A DNA stretch of 64,000 bases from Cercozoa sp. M6MM (GCA_040357565.1 JBDODJ010000020.1), one strand, 5' to 3'. Counted from the stretch's first letter, positions 38,680 to 53,461 are shown. The notes: generated from the letters alone by a model not told the origin. Made by a program: numbers and translations.

Positions 38680-41600
38680 TACATATTCAACCCAGTACAT
38701 GCACATACAAAGAAAAAGCTTACAGGCACGATGCTGTTCACAAGGTCCCAGGCGTAGGCACTCGCCCAGTAAGCGAAGGTCTTGGCACCCGATATCATCT
38801 GCTGATGCTTGGCCTTGGTGGCCCGCTCGTGCACGATAAAGTATGCGAAACCGGCGGGAATGAAACTGCATATACATGTGCACGGTGTCGACTTACAAGC
38901 ACCTTTTAAACCCAAAATGTGACCTACCTGAAACCAATGGCAATCAGCAGGGGCGCCATACTGCTCTGGAGTGCCTTGAAACCTTCAGTCTTCGGCAGCG
39001 GATGTTGCACTACATACCCCGCGGTATATACATCCATTTGTTTTTCATTGTAGGGTAAGAGATACAGATATCGACTTCGAATTCCGGGTCGACCTCGGCA
39101 CGCAGGCGCTGGTTAAAGTGCTCATTCAGGAAGGCCTGTTCAATCAAGCAAATGTTATGAAGTCTATTGATACACAGGCGTGAGTGAAATATACAGGTAG
39201 GGAGTCGCGCGCGGTCGTGTTGAAGAGCACGAACGTCTCGCCACCATTGACACTGCTCGCGTTGGTCACACTCGCATCGTGGTAGAACGTGCCGTATCGC
39301 GTCTCCTTGTTGGCGTACTCGCCTTCGATCTGCACCAAGCATAACACACTCATCATTTCAAAAGACAAACACAAAAAGGAAACGCACCGTGCCCGTGCGC
39401 AGCAGCTCGTTTTGCACGTCGACGAGCGTTGCGTTCGTGGCCGGCAGGATATCTTGCATCTCCACTGTCTTTGTTGGCATCATCACCGACGACAGGAACT
39501 GCAGAAACAGTGGAGAGATATCCATGTACATGAACAGGATCATCGTGTTATACGTTAGGCAGAGTTCCAGAAACGCCGTCACGCGCGGCATACGGCGTCG
39601 GCAGCGGGTCGTTCATTGCGTTGTCGCGGAAGGCGAACGACGCAGCAGGGTGATCGCCTATATACATTATTTAGATGCCGGTTGTGTGAATATGTGCACA
39701 CGCTTGGTACCAACAGAGGACTTGGTCATTTGCAAACCGAGGAACGTGATCAAACCGGGAACAATCGCACTGTATGTACGACGGGGTGTATTTAATGTCC
39801 AATTCACACAACAGCGGAGAGAGCATACGTCCAGACCCATGCTCGCTTGTCACGTTTCATGTTGTTGACACGCTTTGCAAACATGGCACGGAAGTGGCGC
39901 CACTGCACGCCCGAATCCGCTGCATATCCATGTACAAGAATCAATTCCTTCCTTTAAAACAGCAGAGGTAGGGCCAAGCAGTACCCGGGTACTTCGGCAC
40001 ATCGGCCAAAAGCGAACGTGCTTGCTCGGCGAGTTGCTGATGACGTGCATGATCGTCTTCGTCAATGACGAAATCCTTGGTCTGCAGGCACAAGATGTTA
40101 CCCATGGATTCAAGCAGTTCATCCACCAGCTTAAGCTACCGTGAGACTTGAAGCACGACGCTCGAGTTTTTGCTCTTCTTCAGGCGGCGTCTGGGCATGT
40201 CCGACGCGCAGGAAGACCTCTTCCAGCGTCGTCACCGAGACACCGTAGGACTCAAAGTTCAGCTCGGCCTGTCGCGCGTCCAACTGCGAGGCAACCACTT
40301 CCATAAAAAGTCGGGAACAAGCATAGATAGGCAAAACGGTCGACCTCATCGAACAAGTCCGGAAACTGCGCAGAGCACTCAAGCGGCAGACGGAACGAGA
40401 ACTCGCCGGCAGAATCACTCAGCACCTACACTCAGAGTGATGATGACAGATCTTCAAGACAACTGGGTCTTAAAACAAAAGGCACCGAGGCCTCTGGCAC
40501 ATGCTTGAGCACGCAGCGCTTGATCTCTTCGGTTTTGTCGGCACCCTCAGAACTGCACACGGATGAGCAGGACATGCACAGGCATAGGCAGTGACAGGGG
40601 GGGGGGGGGCGTACGGACGGGACACGGTGAGCGAGTAACCGACTCCATAATTGGACTTGAGGAACAGCGAGGTGCCGTCTGACAGACCCAGCAAATACAA
40701 TAACAGCTCATACCAGTCGATAAAAAAAGGTACAGCACTGAACACGACCGTGCGCCATGATGGCGATATTATCACCGAGCTGATCAGCTTCCTCCATAAA
40801 GTGCGTCGTCAGTACGATTGTGCGGCCTTGCTTCTTGCGCTTCAAAAGTTCCCAACTGTGTGAAGATAAAACGAGTTTTTGCGAAACAGAAAAACCCAAG
40901 CATGTAAACACCGCAATACAGGAAACGACGCGAGTAGGTATCCATGCCACTGCTCGGTTCATCCAGGAACACGACTACACAAACAACAGATTGTATTTAT
41001 CTGAAATGGTTTGGATCGTATGTAGCAATACTCTTCGAGTTTCCAATGAAGGCAATTGCAACACTCAACTTGCGCTTTTGGCCACCCGACTGCACAAACC
41101 TCAGTAGATGCACCGCACACTGCACAGGGAAAAACGCTTACCAGTGAAGCAGATTGCGAATTGGCCTTCTCATCCAGACCGACTTCAGTTATGATCTCCT
41201 CGACAGCGGAACCCACTTCGTTCGACGGCACACCCTGCGAGCGAAAGCACCGTTGCAACAGCAACACATGCAAGCGAAACAGAGCTAGTACCTTGATGCG
41301 CGCGTACAGACGCAGGTGCTCACGGACAGTCAGAGGACCCCAAAGCACATCGTGCTGGGGGCAGATACTACAGACACAAAAACACATGCATTCGCAAATC
41401 CCAAGCACAGGGTAGAGCGAATGGGGTAGAGCGAATAACCCAATCATTTGGCGAATGCGATTGCGGTCACTTTCGAGGTCCATGCCGTGCATGGTCACAC
41501 GACCACCCGTGCTGCCGTACATGCCGGTGAGCACGTTGATCGTCGTCGACTTGCCGGCGCCATTGTGACCGAGAAGCGACAGGATCTGATCCTCGTACAT

Positions 41601-44600
41601 GTTCACTGCACAATTCACACACGCACACACACACACACGTGTCGCCTGTGGACAAGTACAGTCAAGGCTGTTAATACGGCAGATGCCGTCGACTGCGCGG
41701 AACACTGCATCACTGCCCGGCAGCGGGAACTCCTTCGTCAAGCGATCCAGCACGACGCTGGGGCTGCCGTTGTCTTTTTGCTGGAACTTGGACTAACAAT
41801 ACACGCAAACTATAACCGATAGAGAGTTAAGACGCAAAAGGCAGGCACCTCATCCCTCGGGTGTGCCGGGAAGGCTTGAATATCACTATCGACCAGCTGC
41901 CTGCTCAACACGCATACGTCGCCATGAAGCACAGGAGCACAAAAGCACAGAATGGTACAGTTCGACATCGTGCGAGCCGACGGCGTTGCGACGGAACAGG
42001 CGACGGAATGAAATCGGACGAATCGGACTGTAAATACAAACATCATATGGATCGCACAAACCGAGTACCGACAGCATAGTGAAGTTACCCGCCACGCCAG
42101 TAACTCGGCGAGAACGGAAAGTGCCACGGTAGTCGAGTGCCGTACTTAGAGGGCTACAATGGTGCAATCGTACGGTGTGTCTACAGGGATACAGGAAAAA
42201 CCGAGAAAAGAAAGCTACGAGAATGGCGCCAAGGTACGACGACACGATCGAGTACAAGAAGAAATTCAGGAAGAAGAAACCAATGGCGGTTCCGACCTCG
42301 TAACCGTACAGACTGAAATTGATTGTGCTGCTGTTGAGGCCAGAGTTCGCGACTACCGGAAGCCGAAACAGAGAAGATACAAAGGCCAAAGGGTTAAGGG
42401 CGATATAGAGCAAGTACTCTCAAGACGGAAGATCGTGCTGATGTCAAAGTTAAGATCGAGATAGAGCATTACTCTCAAACACACGCAAGGCAATGCCAAC
42501 TGAAAGTACCTGATGCCAAGCGAAAAAGCAACCGGAGTCAACAACGACGCACCTCTCTAAGCAAAACGGGTACTTGCGGATGCTCAACATACGGATAAAA
42601 CGCGGCTACCTTTCCACCCTCGGAGACATCGGGTGCCATCACGGAGAAGTAAGGGAAGTAGAGACCCACAAAGAGAATGACAGCCATGAAGCTTGCCAGC
42701 TAGAGACATAAAACGCACACACATCAAAATGTTAACCGCGGGAAAAAGTAAAGGGAGGGATGTAGGGAGTAGAAGTAATTTCGGTACCTTGGCACGCGTG
42801 AAGAAGCAACTAACAGCCCAGCAGAAGCTGAAAACGGCGATGTAGAAGCTGAACAGATAAAACCAGATCAGCCCCGGACTGCTAAACTCGAACACGTCAA
42901 CCGAAGTCATCAACGTGATGACTGCGCTCACGGACAATAGATTCGCTTGTGTGTACCATCAGTAACAATGTAGCAGTGAAAATACTGGTGACAGGAACGA
43001 TAGCCTTCGCGACGTAAACCGTGAACCATGACATGAAGTACACCGTCGTCGACAAACCCATCGTCTGTTAAAACAAGCAGCACATGTGGTACTTAAGACG
43101 ACCAAGCAAACGCACAGAAGAAACAAGTACCGCCATGTGCTCACGAATGCGCGTCTCTTTCTCCTCAACCAGCTCCTTGGTCCTGGCAAAGAGAAGACCA
43201 GTGTCATTTAACGGCTCTCGAACATCATCAAAGTCTAGCCTCAACATACGTTCGCAAGACAGGGTAGACGAAGCACAAAACAAAGATCAGCGTGAAGTAG
43301 TCCTGCAGCACAAGGCGATGATTGATCCCAAATGTCATCGAAACGTACTGCTCAGCCTTGATTTTATAATACCATAACAGAGGCAAAGTCATCCTTGACA
43401 AACTCCGGTGTCGCGAACGGGACAAAGGAAACCGCCTGCGCATGGTGTTAAGTGACAGCCAAGGTGACAGTAGGTAACGACAAAAGGAGGTACCGTATCC
43501 GCAGGACCGACCATGGTACCCTTGACGCGGCTCTCAATGAAAGCCTAGACACATGTGGACATGACTGGCTGCCAACAGAAGACAATAAAAGTGGACTCGC
43601 TACCGAAGTGATCATCTGAAGGTGAATGAAGCCACCCTGCAGGTAAGTGGTGTAATGCTCGTCATCGAAGCCCTTGTCGACAAGGCGGAGTTCGTCCCAT
43701 TTGGTCAAAGGAACTGCAGATACTCAATGCAACCCATCCGATGCTCCCACTCGAGTCGAGTGGATTTAAAAGATACCATCGTCAGCGCCCGTGGCATTGA
43801 GACGAATTGAGATCTCAAACTTGGGACCGTCGGCCTTGTTGAAAACCACGGCGGCGTACACTGGCGGAAAACCCTTTTCCGGGTACGAGTAGCTGCCATC
43901 GCGAATGTAGTCCTCAAGTTTGTCTCTGCACACGCACAGAAACACACATAAGAAAGGCAGCAGTGCCAAAATATTGCTCAGGACCACAATAAATGTTACT
44001 CGTTTTTGAAGAACATGACGCGCTCCTGGGTCAACTGACGAAGCTCTTCCAGTTCCTTCGCGGAAAACTGGAAATCACATATAACCTATTTCGTCCACCT
44101 TCTTAGCGCATACACATGCAGACACACGAACCGGGCGGTTGTTGATCGCCGTAGTCAGCGAATCGTTCATGTGATTCTTGTAGTAAGCGGCAAAGTCAGC
44201 ACCGATGCCGGTGTCTGGCACGACAGCGAGGTGCATTTGCGGCGGCACCAGGCAGCTATGAATTTAAAAAAAAAAGAGTTACGTACACGGAAGCACAACA
44301 CGGTGCTGCTGGGCATGTCGCAAGGGAGTTTACGGATCGTCGCTGTCGCATGTGAAGTCAAGTCCAACGTAGCGTCGGGCAACGTCAAGAAGGCCGATGC
44401 GGCACGAAGACTGTATGGAACAAAAAATCGAAAGAAGGTGTTAAGCTCTCACGAGTAAAGTACCGAGTAGATGTCGCCATAGCGACGCAGCGTTTCAGCG
44501 GTATCAGTGCAGGTCGAGATATCTAAATTTACTTAATTTGTACAACCCTTTCAATACGTTGAATTTCGCTTTTTACCTTGCAACGCATCGAGATGCAAAC

Positions 44601-44939
44601 TCAGATCTTGCGGTGTTTTCTCCTACAGCCAGGCAAAAGAACTCATTAACTCAAAGGTGTTAAAAACAGCGAAATTTTACAATCACGCTGCGCAGCCACC
44701 AAATCAGGACGAAGAACAGAATGGGAAGGAGCATCTACGGGTCACATGGTAATCAGCCTCTTGTCCAACAGAAAATGGAAAGCAAACGTTCCGGTTACCT
44801 CAAAGAAAGCAGCCTTCTTCCGACGCGAAAGCATCAGGAAGTTCTTGCGCACTAAGGCGCTACGGACAGGACAAGCGTGAGGACGTGGTGGAAAGAACAC
44901 GGGTAACTGAAGGTACTTATATTGAGCGAGGACGCCCAT
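36105..44939 (-). CDS. Full-length ABCA-subfamily transporter
   Basis: N-term ALVRKNF; [11 protein letters not shown]; NBD1 [49 protein letters not shown]; NBD2 [39 protein letters not shown]; TTLEQIF. Confidence 0.96.
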
Positions 44940-45488
44940 TCGACGAGTTCGTGAGCGCGCGATGCCCAGTGCTGCGAAGACTCAGCACAAACGGTAAGCG
45001 AAAACGTAAAACGATGAAAAGACGCGCAAACAATGCGTTTTGTGGCTATGATGCGCACGCTTTTTGTATTGATGTACACTCCGGTTTATGCCGCTACTTG
45101 ATTGTTGATCAACGGCCAAGCCCCGAGCATAAAATAAACCAAAAAAGAAGCTGAAACTTGCTACAATTCCTGACAATCTGCCTGAAACCGAGTGCGATGT
45201 GCTCAAAATTTGCAAGCAATCCTGCTGCTCATGCGCTGTCTGGGCGCAAGATCTGGATTTTTTGTCGGATACCACTGATCTTTGATTGAAAACCGATCAT
45301 CACTTCTTTTTCCATAGTACTTGTACTACAACGAGTTCGGGCCCTTGTAAACACAATTTAGGAAAAGGCTGCCACATAATATTGTACTTTTCGCAAATAA
45401 TCCACGAAAATACGCTTTTGTCGAACTGTACCGAACAAGCGCGAAGTTTTCCGCGAATCTTCAAGTATTCTGCTATCTCGAAATACAG

Positions 45489-47258
45489 GCATTGAAGTCA
45501 ACTGTCGAGCGCTACAAGTACTGTAGTCGTGTGCATGATCACTACAGAGCAGTGGCAAGACGTAAGCGCTCGCGAGGGTTTCTTGACTATGTGCTGTACA
45601 GGATTTTTGTGAGCGTTCGTTGTTGTTAAATCGCTTGCAGAGCTACTGGAGCAGCTCGCGAACGAGCTGCGCGAGGAAGAAGCCAGAGCTCGCATCACGG
45701 AGGCGCATGGCGGTGAATTCTAGTACCCATACCTGACTCCTGTTCGCTCTTGTTTATTTTATTTGCTCCGTGCAGAAAGTCTGGTGCCCATCCTCACGGA
45801 AGCATTGATGTCTGACACGCGAGTTCAAGCACTCCGTGTGATCGCCAATATTTCAAGTAGCCTGCATCTCCTGCCGACTTAGAGTACCTGTGTATAAATT
45901 TCTGTCGAGTAGGTGAGCACGATCCTGCACGAACTGTTTTGCTGAACGATGCCGCTTTCTGCGACAATTTGCGCGCCTTGCTCAAGCAGCTACCCGATCT
46001 TTACGCAGTACGTTGCTTAGGCTGTTTGTTGTTTGCTCCAGTGTAATCACACTTTTTTTGTTAGCAACAAAAGGAGGAAATTCTTGTGAAGGCAAGCATC
46101 ATTTGTGTTGGCAACCTTGTCGCTTCCGAGGTGCCTCAACTTAACTTTGTTGTGTCAAGCATGTCGAACGCGCCAACTTTGTGCAGAACTCGGAAGTTTC
46201 ACAACTCGCGCAAAGCGCGGGCATTCTCACCGCCGCCGCGGCTGCTGCTTGCCAGATCGGCACTGTAAATTTGCTTCTGCAGATCTTCATTCCATGTATG
46301 TCATCATTCTTCGTTTTCTAGGACGCTGTTGAAGTCCTCGTTCCTTTTATTGAGGCGGTGCAGCATGACGAGGACATGCCTGGTTTGTGCGCATCTTTTT
46401 CTGTCGGGCTTTTTTTAATTTGCATCCTTTTTGCAGACTCCTTAAAAACCTCTATTCTCTCGCCTGTGATCGAGCTTTTGCTTCAGTAGATTCACATTAT
46501 TATTGTTCGTGTGTGTGTACGTGCATGTTTTATGCGTATGCTCACACAGACAGCTTACCGTCCCGAGCCTTACTGTTTTAAAGGCGGTACAAAGATTGAT
46601 ATGCTCCCTTTGCCCTCTTCATCCCTCGGTGTAAAGGTGTGTGATGCCGAGCCATCGAACGTGATTGCGGAACTCGCGGACATTGACGAACTTGTATCTT
46701 GTTTTGTTGTTCTTTCTTTTTATTCATACTCATACAAGAACTGAAGGTGCTAGTGTTTGTCGATGCGCAAGACGATGCGATGCGATTGGCCTCACGTACT
46801 TTCGTTTTAAATTCCACTTTGATTTTGACCTTCTTGCACTGCATTTCTTCAGTGTCGATCTTGTCAAAACTGTCGTTGTCGGCGTCGCAGCTTACTTCAA
46901 TTGTACGTTGAGACAGCCTGCAGCATGTTCATGTCCACAACTGTCCATGTGTACATCTCCAGATGCGGGCTGCAAGCCAGCACGAAACCGTTTCAGAGTG
47001 GCAGAAGGTGTTTCTTGCGCGCTCAAAGAAATGATTGTGTCACCAGCATGACTGCAGTGGCTTGGCGACGTTGCCCTGGCGAGTGTTTCTATGCTTCGTA
47101 CACTCTCGGCCGATGGTGCCGCTGCTCTCGTTTTTGTTCTTTCCCCCTGCAAGTAAGCTTGTGTTGTTGGACAGAAGCAGCGGCGGTGGCCGCTCAGGTG
47201 TCGGCTTGCATTAAAATTCCACACATCTACGCGCAGCTGCGTCTCCTGGTGCTTACCT

Positions 47259-47329
<71 letters not shown>

Positions 47330-48354
47330 ATTACCTTATTGCTTTTATCAGATCGCGCTGCGTTCGATGGTGAAAGACGAGGCTTCTGTACCTTTCACCA
47401 ATTAAAGGGTCTGCTTCTGGTGTTAGTGCATGCGGTTGCTCTGTGTCTAATAGGCGCGGATGGTGTTCCACGAGGCTCCGATCGGTGTGCTGGCGCACGG
47501 CATCACTCAATCGCTCGACCTATGCAGCAAGGTCGGTGCCACGACTGCTCTGCATCTCGCGTCGGCCTTTGTAGATCTATGGCGCAGCTTGCTGCTTTGT
47601 GCCGCCAATGTGCGCGCTCTTACGTATATTTTCTCTTGCCATCAAGGATGCTACGGATGATACGAGTTTTTGTGTCTCAGGGAGGAGCAACAGATGGAGC
47701 TTGTCTTTAACATCACTGCAGTTCTCAAGCACGAAGTTAACACCCCTGTTGGTACTTTCGACGTGCCACGTGCGTTCTGCAGTTATGTGTTATTGCAGAC
47801 CCCCGGGTTGCTGCCACCCTGTCTATGGGCGCTGTTCTGTGCCTGCGCTTTTTGTGCCTCCATGCAGCACCAAACTCTCTCTGCGGCGCATTGCGTGAGG
47901 TACCGGAGTTTGTGTGTGTTTTGTCCATAATCATTTTGGTATCGTGCAGGCACAGACGGTACAAGCGTTGGGTGCTCAAATCGAACACATTCCCGAGGAT
48001 TCTGTACCGCGTTTTTGCCGGTCTTTCCGAACATGATTGTTGACTGTGCGCAGGGCGAATACGTCAAGAGTGAGGTCTCACGTGCGATCGCCGCTGTCGT
48101 TCTCAATCAAGCAACTGCACTGAGGGGCCCGCAGGTAGCGTTTTCGCACTAAACGTTGCCGTCGCTTGAAAAGCTGTCTGTGCAGGTTCTGAAAGAGCTC
48201 GCGCAGACCGCTGCAAACTACCTGCGTCGCTCTAGACATGCAGTATCGTTTTTTGTTCTGCCTAGCAGTTTGTTTGGTGTGTACAGCGTTTGTTGTGCAG
48301 GAGCTGCGCAAGGTTGGTGAGGCGACTGCTCTTGCCCTGCGTCGCAGAAGCTGA
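45489..48354 (+). CDS. Armadillo/HEAT-repeat protein, SmgGDS (RAP1GDS1)-like N-terminus
   Basis: LEQLANELREEEARARI...QALRVIANISSEHDPARTVLL, IICVGNL, VKSEVSRAIAAVV; start codon not resolved. Confidence 0.55.
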
Positions 48355-48626
48355 CCCGCAACTGGCCCGGGGGCAAACTTCAACGTGACTTATCGGTATC
48401 CATCGCTCCAGTTCGCCGATCACGTCCGACTAGTCTATATCGTCTACTAAAATACCTAACACGACACGTGACGATCAGCAATGTTAGGGTCTTGGCAAAA
48501 TGAATAAGTTAACTCGCCAGAACTGAACCCGCGATGAGCCAGCATGAACTACCGTACTAGTAGACCAAACTAGAGCTACTCTCGTGAGTTTTAATATGCC
48601 CGGCCTACACGTACAGAAATACCCGC

Positions 48627-49386
48627 CTACAGCGCAGAGTCGGGGCACACCGGACCGAGGTCTTTCACGTTCCGCTGGTGCTGCTTGGCGAGCTTTGAAA
48701 TAGTGCGGAAAGCTGGGTGCTCACTGCCGCACATGATTTCGAACAACACCGACTCTGCCGTCGTGAGCACACAGCCGGCTTGTTGCATGCGGTTTAAAGC
48801 ATGGTGACGATCGTCAAGTCTCTGTACGTCACTAAAATAGCGCAGGATGCTACCAAGGAGTTTGACCTTATACCTGCGAAGACACAGCGTCGCATGCGAC
48901 GAACACAGAGTGCCCACGGCGACGCAGATCCAGGGCAGTCTGCAAGACGCAGACGTGTGTTTCAATGCCGAACAGCACAAAGCCGGTGTCCTTGTGAACA
49001 ACACTCACATCGCTGTCACAGGGAACATGCTTGGCACACGCTTGCAGCAGCGTCTCCGTCGCCATGCTGAACTGCGCTTTGGCCACCACCTCTACTGCCG
49101 ACGAGACGTCCAACTCCGGAACTGTGTGTCCCAGCTTTTCCGGTACTTGCTCGGTCACTAAAAGAGGAGCTTGCAGTGCCTTGGCACCCTCGATTAGAAA
49201 CGAAGATGAAGCCAAAACACGAGGAAAGTTGCTGATGAGAGGCGTAAATGCCGTTCTACAAACATCGCAGCAGGTATTGAGCCCCCCCCCCCCCCCGACA
49301 AAATTTCCATGGGAAAATTACTGCAAATCGCAAGCCAAAAACACAGTCCGCCCCAACTGAGGACGTGCCAGTGCAAAAGACGCCAT
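48627..49386 (-). CDS. Isochorismatase-domain protein (ISOC1/2-like)
   Basis: FLACDLQ, VTEQVPEKLGHTVPEL, KAQFSM, LFGIETHVCVLQTALDL, DAVSS, ESVLFEIM; D-K-C triad intact. Confidence 0.93.
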
Positions 49387-49770
49387 TATCTGATGCCGGT
49401 TTGCACGTACAACGTCCAAGTACTGCACTGTTTCTCCGGCAGAACAGTGATTACGACCGCCTTGAACCGTCCTCAGCTGTCAGGCCTCCCGCCAGGTACA
49501 AGTAGTACAAAAAAGTAATCTGATGCTGTACCGGCTCTGGGCTCGACAACTGTCGTTTAGAGCCGGAAACGATTGTCGAGACCGGCAGCCGGTCGCGGCA
49601 CACTCACAAGTGTACGAGCGTGCTCACACAGCAATTGTATTTTGTGTTAAGAGGAGACGCCGCGGCGGCCGCTGGAACAAAGGTGCCCTGATCGTTGTGT
49701 TTGTGATTGGTTTGATGGTTCTTCGCGTGGTCAGAGGACGCTCTTTGCGCTCTTTCGTGATCAGCAAACA

Positions 49771-51443
49771 ATGAGCAACGACGATATCCTTGAGCTACTA
49801 CTTAAGGCTGCTCTCGCCGGCGATGTGCAATTTGTGGACAGTGCGCTCAGACGACACCCGTGGCTGTATTTCTCCTTTATGGGCACTCTGTTTGGTGGTC
49901 GATCCTTGGTTGTAGATGTCGCGCTCGGACCCAAAGTGGCCTGACTGTGCTGATGATGCTGGTATCGCGCATCCCGACGGACGAGCAAACCCTTGAATTC
50001 GCGCAACTGTGTCTCGAGAATGGCGCCGACGTATGCTCGCGATGGGCGCCACAGCACGGTCGGCCGCACAACGCCGTCTACTTGGCTGCCAAGTGCGGTA
50101 AACCTTTGACGCTGCAGTGTTTGCTTCGCTTCGCGAGAAAAACCGTGCGCGATCGTGCTGAAATGGTCTGTCCTCCTTCCTGTGTATGGTGGGCTCTCTT
50201 GAGTCGTATAGTACCCGCGTAAACGACAGAAGCGACTCGTCGGGTGCAACGTCGATGGTGTGCGCGCTATCCACGAAGCCGTGATGCGAGGGCACTTTGA
50301 TTGCATGCGCTTGCTTGTGCGAAGTGGTGCAGACTACACAGCAACAGTTGCCACAACCTCGGTGAATTGTCACCCTCCCTTTCCGTCGTGTCGTTTCTGC
50401 TAACGTCATTTTGACTCTTGTAGACTGATGCATGTCGCAACATGGGAATTGAAGATATTGCTCGGCACACTGCGTCGCTGCACGGCCCGGATTTCCGAGA
50501 GCAAGTTGAGCACTACATGCGACTCGGTACGAATGGTCTACACCAGTATAATTCTGATCCTGTCTGCACGACGTTACTCTTAGGTGACGCTCAACGCGAC
50601 CAGCAGCACGGCCTTCGACTGCTGCGAAAACTGCGTCGTGCCACGCCCGTGTCGCGGCCGTTGTTGCCGCATGTGCGAGGAGCGCCCGCGGTGGCAGGTT
50701 CGCCGAGTGAAATCGTGGCAAGCAGCAGCAGCAGCAGCTCCGAGGAGGTGGTATCATCCACTGACCTGGAGGAGAGTGACAGTCTGCGCACTGCGCCGTG
50801 CCAGTCCGCGTTGACTGTTCCTGCCTTGCGCAAGCAGCCGGTCCAACGCGAGACGGCGCGCTGTGCGAGTGCTCCGCTCTGCCGCAGCGTGTCGGAGTTG
50901 ACGCCGATGAAGCGCTGTCGCAGACGGCACGGAGACGACTCGGACGAGGCGCAGGAGCTCACGCACGGCCCGGCCAGCAGCGATGAGGAGCGGCACCACG
51001 AGTCGGCCTCGCAGCTGCTACCGTCGACGCGCACGACCGATGCCGAGTTCTGGTACGCGAGTTCCAGAGAGCCTGAGACACCTCCTCGCGCTGCCTCGCG
51101 CAAGAGGCAAAAGATCTCGCATGAGTTGTCGGCCTCGTCGATCATCACGCGCAAGTCGCGCTCCGTCCTCTCGCAGCTGTCGTCGCTCCCGTCAACTGCC
51201 GACACCGCGGCGGCCCGTCTCTCGCTGTCGCCGCAGAGTCCGCTGCTGCAGTCGGTCTCGCTGCCCAAGTCGGTTCCGCGCGAAACGTCGATGCCCTTCC
51301 TGCGCGAGGAGTTCGACACCTCGACAGAAGATGTGCTGGGCTACGGCAACTTGAAAGACGTCCCCGGCGTGGACAGAGCTGCTGCCGATGCCGATGCACG
51401 TGCGCATCCTGTAAGCACCAACACCAACACCCGGTCTCAATAG
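49771..51443 (+). CDS. Ankyrin-repeat protein with Ser-rich disordered C-terminus
   Basis: LLKAALAGDVQFV, GLTVLM...CLENGADV, NAVYLAAKCGK, AIHEAVMRGHFDCMRLLVRSGADY. Confidence 0.85.
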
Positions 51444-51447
51444 CGTA

Positions 51448-51523
51448 CGTAGTTAGTTAGTTGAGTCTTCTAGGAACCAACTATGTAGTTCCCCTGCACC
51501 AGTCTGGGGTGGGTCACAAGAGC
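51448..51523 (-). mobile_element. Heavily 5'-truncated retroelement (copy 3, 76 bp) with 13-bp TSD
   Basis: Near-identical to the first ~72 bp of copy 2 (from 12068); flanked by exact TCTCAATAGCGTA at 51435-51447 and 51524-51536. Confidence 0.9.
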
Positions 51524-52265
51524 TCTCAATAGCGTAGTGACAACGTGCGCATTTGCGTCGCGTCGCTTGACTACTAGAGTCGCTGCTCCCTGCTCGGCAG
51601 CTTTGGATGCGGACTGCAACTGCTACCGTGCGCTGATATCGATGCCGACGAACAGTAAATTTACGTCGCGTACTACTGGGCGTGGGTAACTACTATCGTC
51701 TTACGCTTACAGACTGACTCAGATTATGCAGTCTCCGCGGGGATGAACCCCGGTAGATTAGTTGCACATTTCCAACATTGTGCTTGTATCATATTTTGAT
51801 ACAACATTTGCACACTGGCATTTGGGTGGCAAAAGACTTGGGTTGGGTGCGCCTGTTTCCGTCGCTGAACGTTGTCGTTCATCTTCGCTGCAAACTGCAT
51901 CGGGGTCGCTCGGGGACAGCTCCTCGGCAGCAGCCCAGCATTCTCACTAGACTCTCGCTGCCATAACTTACTGACAAATGCTGTGAGTCTGCCGTACATC
52001 ATAGCAGCAGCAGCATAGCAGTAATACAAGCACAGCGGTCCTGATCATATTTTTCGGGCTTAAAGTAGTTTAGCTCTGAGTTCCGTGCACCGTCCGCTCA
52101 TCGACACGATTTCCGCCGCGCTCGGCTGTCACTGTAGTGCCCCGGCTGTCAGCAGGGACGCTTGTGACAGAAAAACCTGGCCTGCGCTCGGCTAAATGAA
52201 TCGCGCCGATATTCTACGCCCGGCCGCGCCACTGTACGGCCTGGCTGGAAACGGCACACGGCTAC

Positions 52266-52741
52266 CTAGTCAGTACGATCACCCAGTACACGATCCAGGA
52301 AGGCGAACACCAAAGCTCGTTCCTCAATGGTCTGTGCCCATATCCGTAGATAGCTGAACAATACACCTACATCACATAGAGACAGAAGGCACCTTGTCGA
52401 GAGCCTTGCCGGCGCCGTGGCCCGCCTTGGTGTCGACGTGCAACAGCAGCGGCGTTTCCAGGGCACCCAGACGGTGCTGCAGCTCGGCTGTGTACTTGAG
52501 CGAATGCAGAGGCACCACGCGGTCGTCATGGTCGGCCGTCCTGTCCAAACAAGAATACGAGGGATTCACAGAAGCGAGGTATGTGCACATAGCCCACATG
52601 ACAAGGGTGGCCGGGAAACGTCCATGCGGCAACTGTTGCGGACTGGCCGGAATGTTGTGCAGCGGCGACAGTCGATGCAGGTTCTCAAACTCCTCGGGGT
52701 CGTCGGCGCACCCGTAGTCCGACGTCCACGCGTACCCGATC

Positions 52742-52773
<32 letters not shown>

Positions 52774-53223
52774 ACCTGCCATCAAAGGGAGGACGAAAAT
52801 AATGTCCTCATATTATATAATGTGTGATAGATATACCCACACAAGGCACGGCAGCAGCCATGAGGTCCGGGTACTGATTGGCAACGGCACCAACAAGTAG
52901 GCCTCCATTAGAGCCACCCATCTACTCGGGAAAAGAGGGTTTGAAACATTACGAGAGAGGTACATAAAGAGGTACAATAGCCAACAGGTCGCGCGTGGTG
53001 TATTTGTGTTCTTGCAGGTACTGAGCACTACAGGAAGGGAGTAAAGGAAGCTAAAGCGAAAGGAAGGGATACACAAAAGCAAAGTCGTCGAACACGTTCT
53101 GCTTGTTGTGCTTGGTGCCAGCCTCGTGCCAAGCTGCATAACATACAGTCTGCAATTGGACAATTGGACGGGGGGGGGGGGTAAGGGAGAAACACTACCT
53201 TGTCCGTACTCGCCACCACCCCG
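52266..53223 (-). CDS. PREP: Prolyl oligopeptidase (S9A), C-terminal catalytic part; 5' part lost at gap
   Basis: [23 protein letters not shown] (Ser), [29 protein letters not shown] (Asp), KAGHGAGK (His). Confidence 0.95.
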
Positions 53224-53272
53224 CTGCACAAAGGGCGATAAGTGTGTGTGTGTATGTGTGTGTATGTATGTA

Positions 53273-53316
<44 letters not shown>

Positions 53317-53416
53317 NNNNNNNNNNNNNNNNNNNNNNNNNNNNNNNNNNNNNNNNNNNNNNNNNNNNNNNNNNNNNNNNNNNNNNNNNNNNNNNNNNNN
53401 NNNNNNNNNNNNNNNN

Positions 53417-53461
<45 letters not shown>

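Noticed and set aside
48428-48460. Fifth retroelement copy
   Set aside because: Only two short, non-colinear matches and no tail or TSD
51724-52029. 101-aa intronless minus-strand ORF between ANK and PREP
   Set aside because: No recognisable domain or supporting signals; cannot be told from chance
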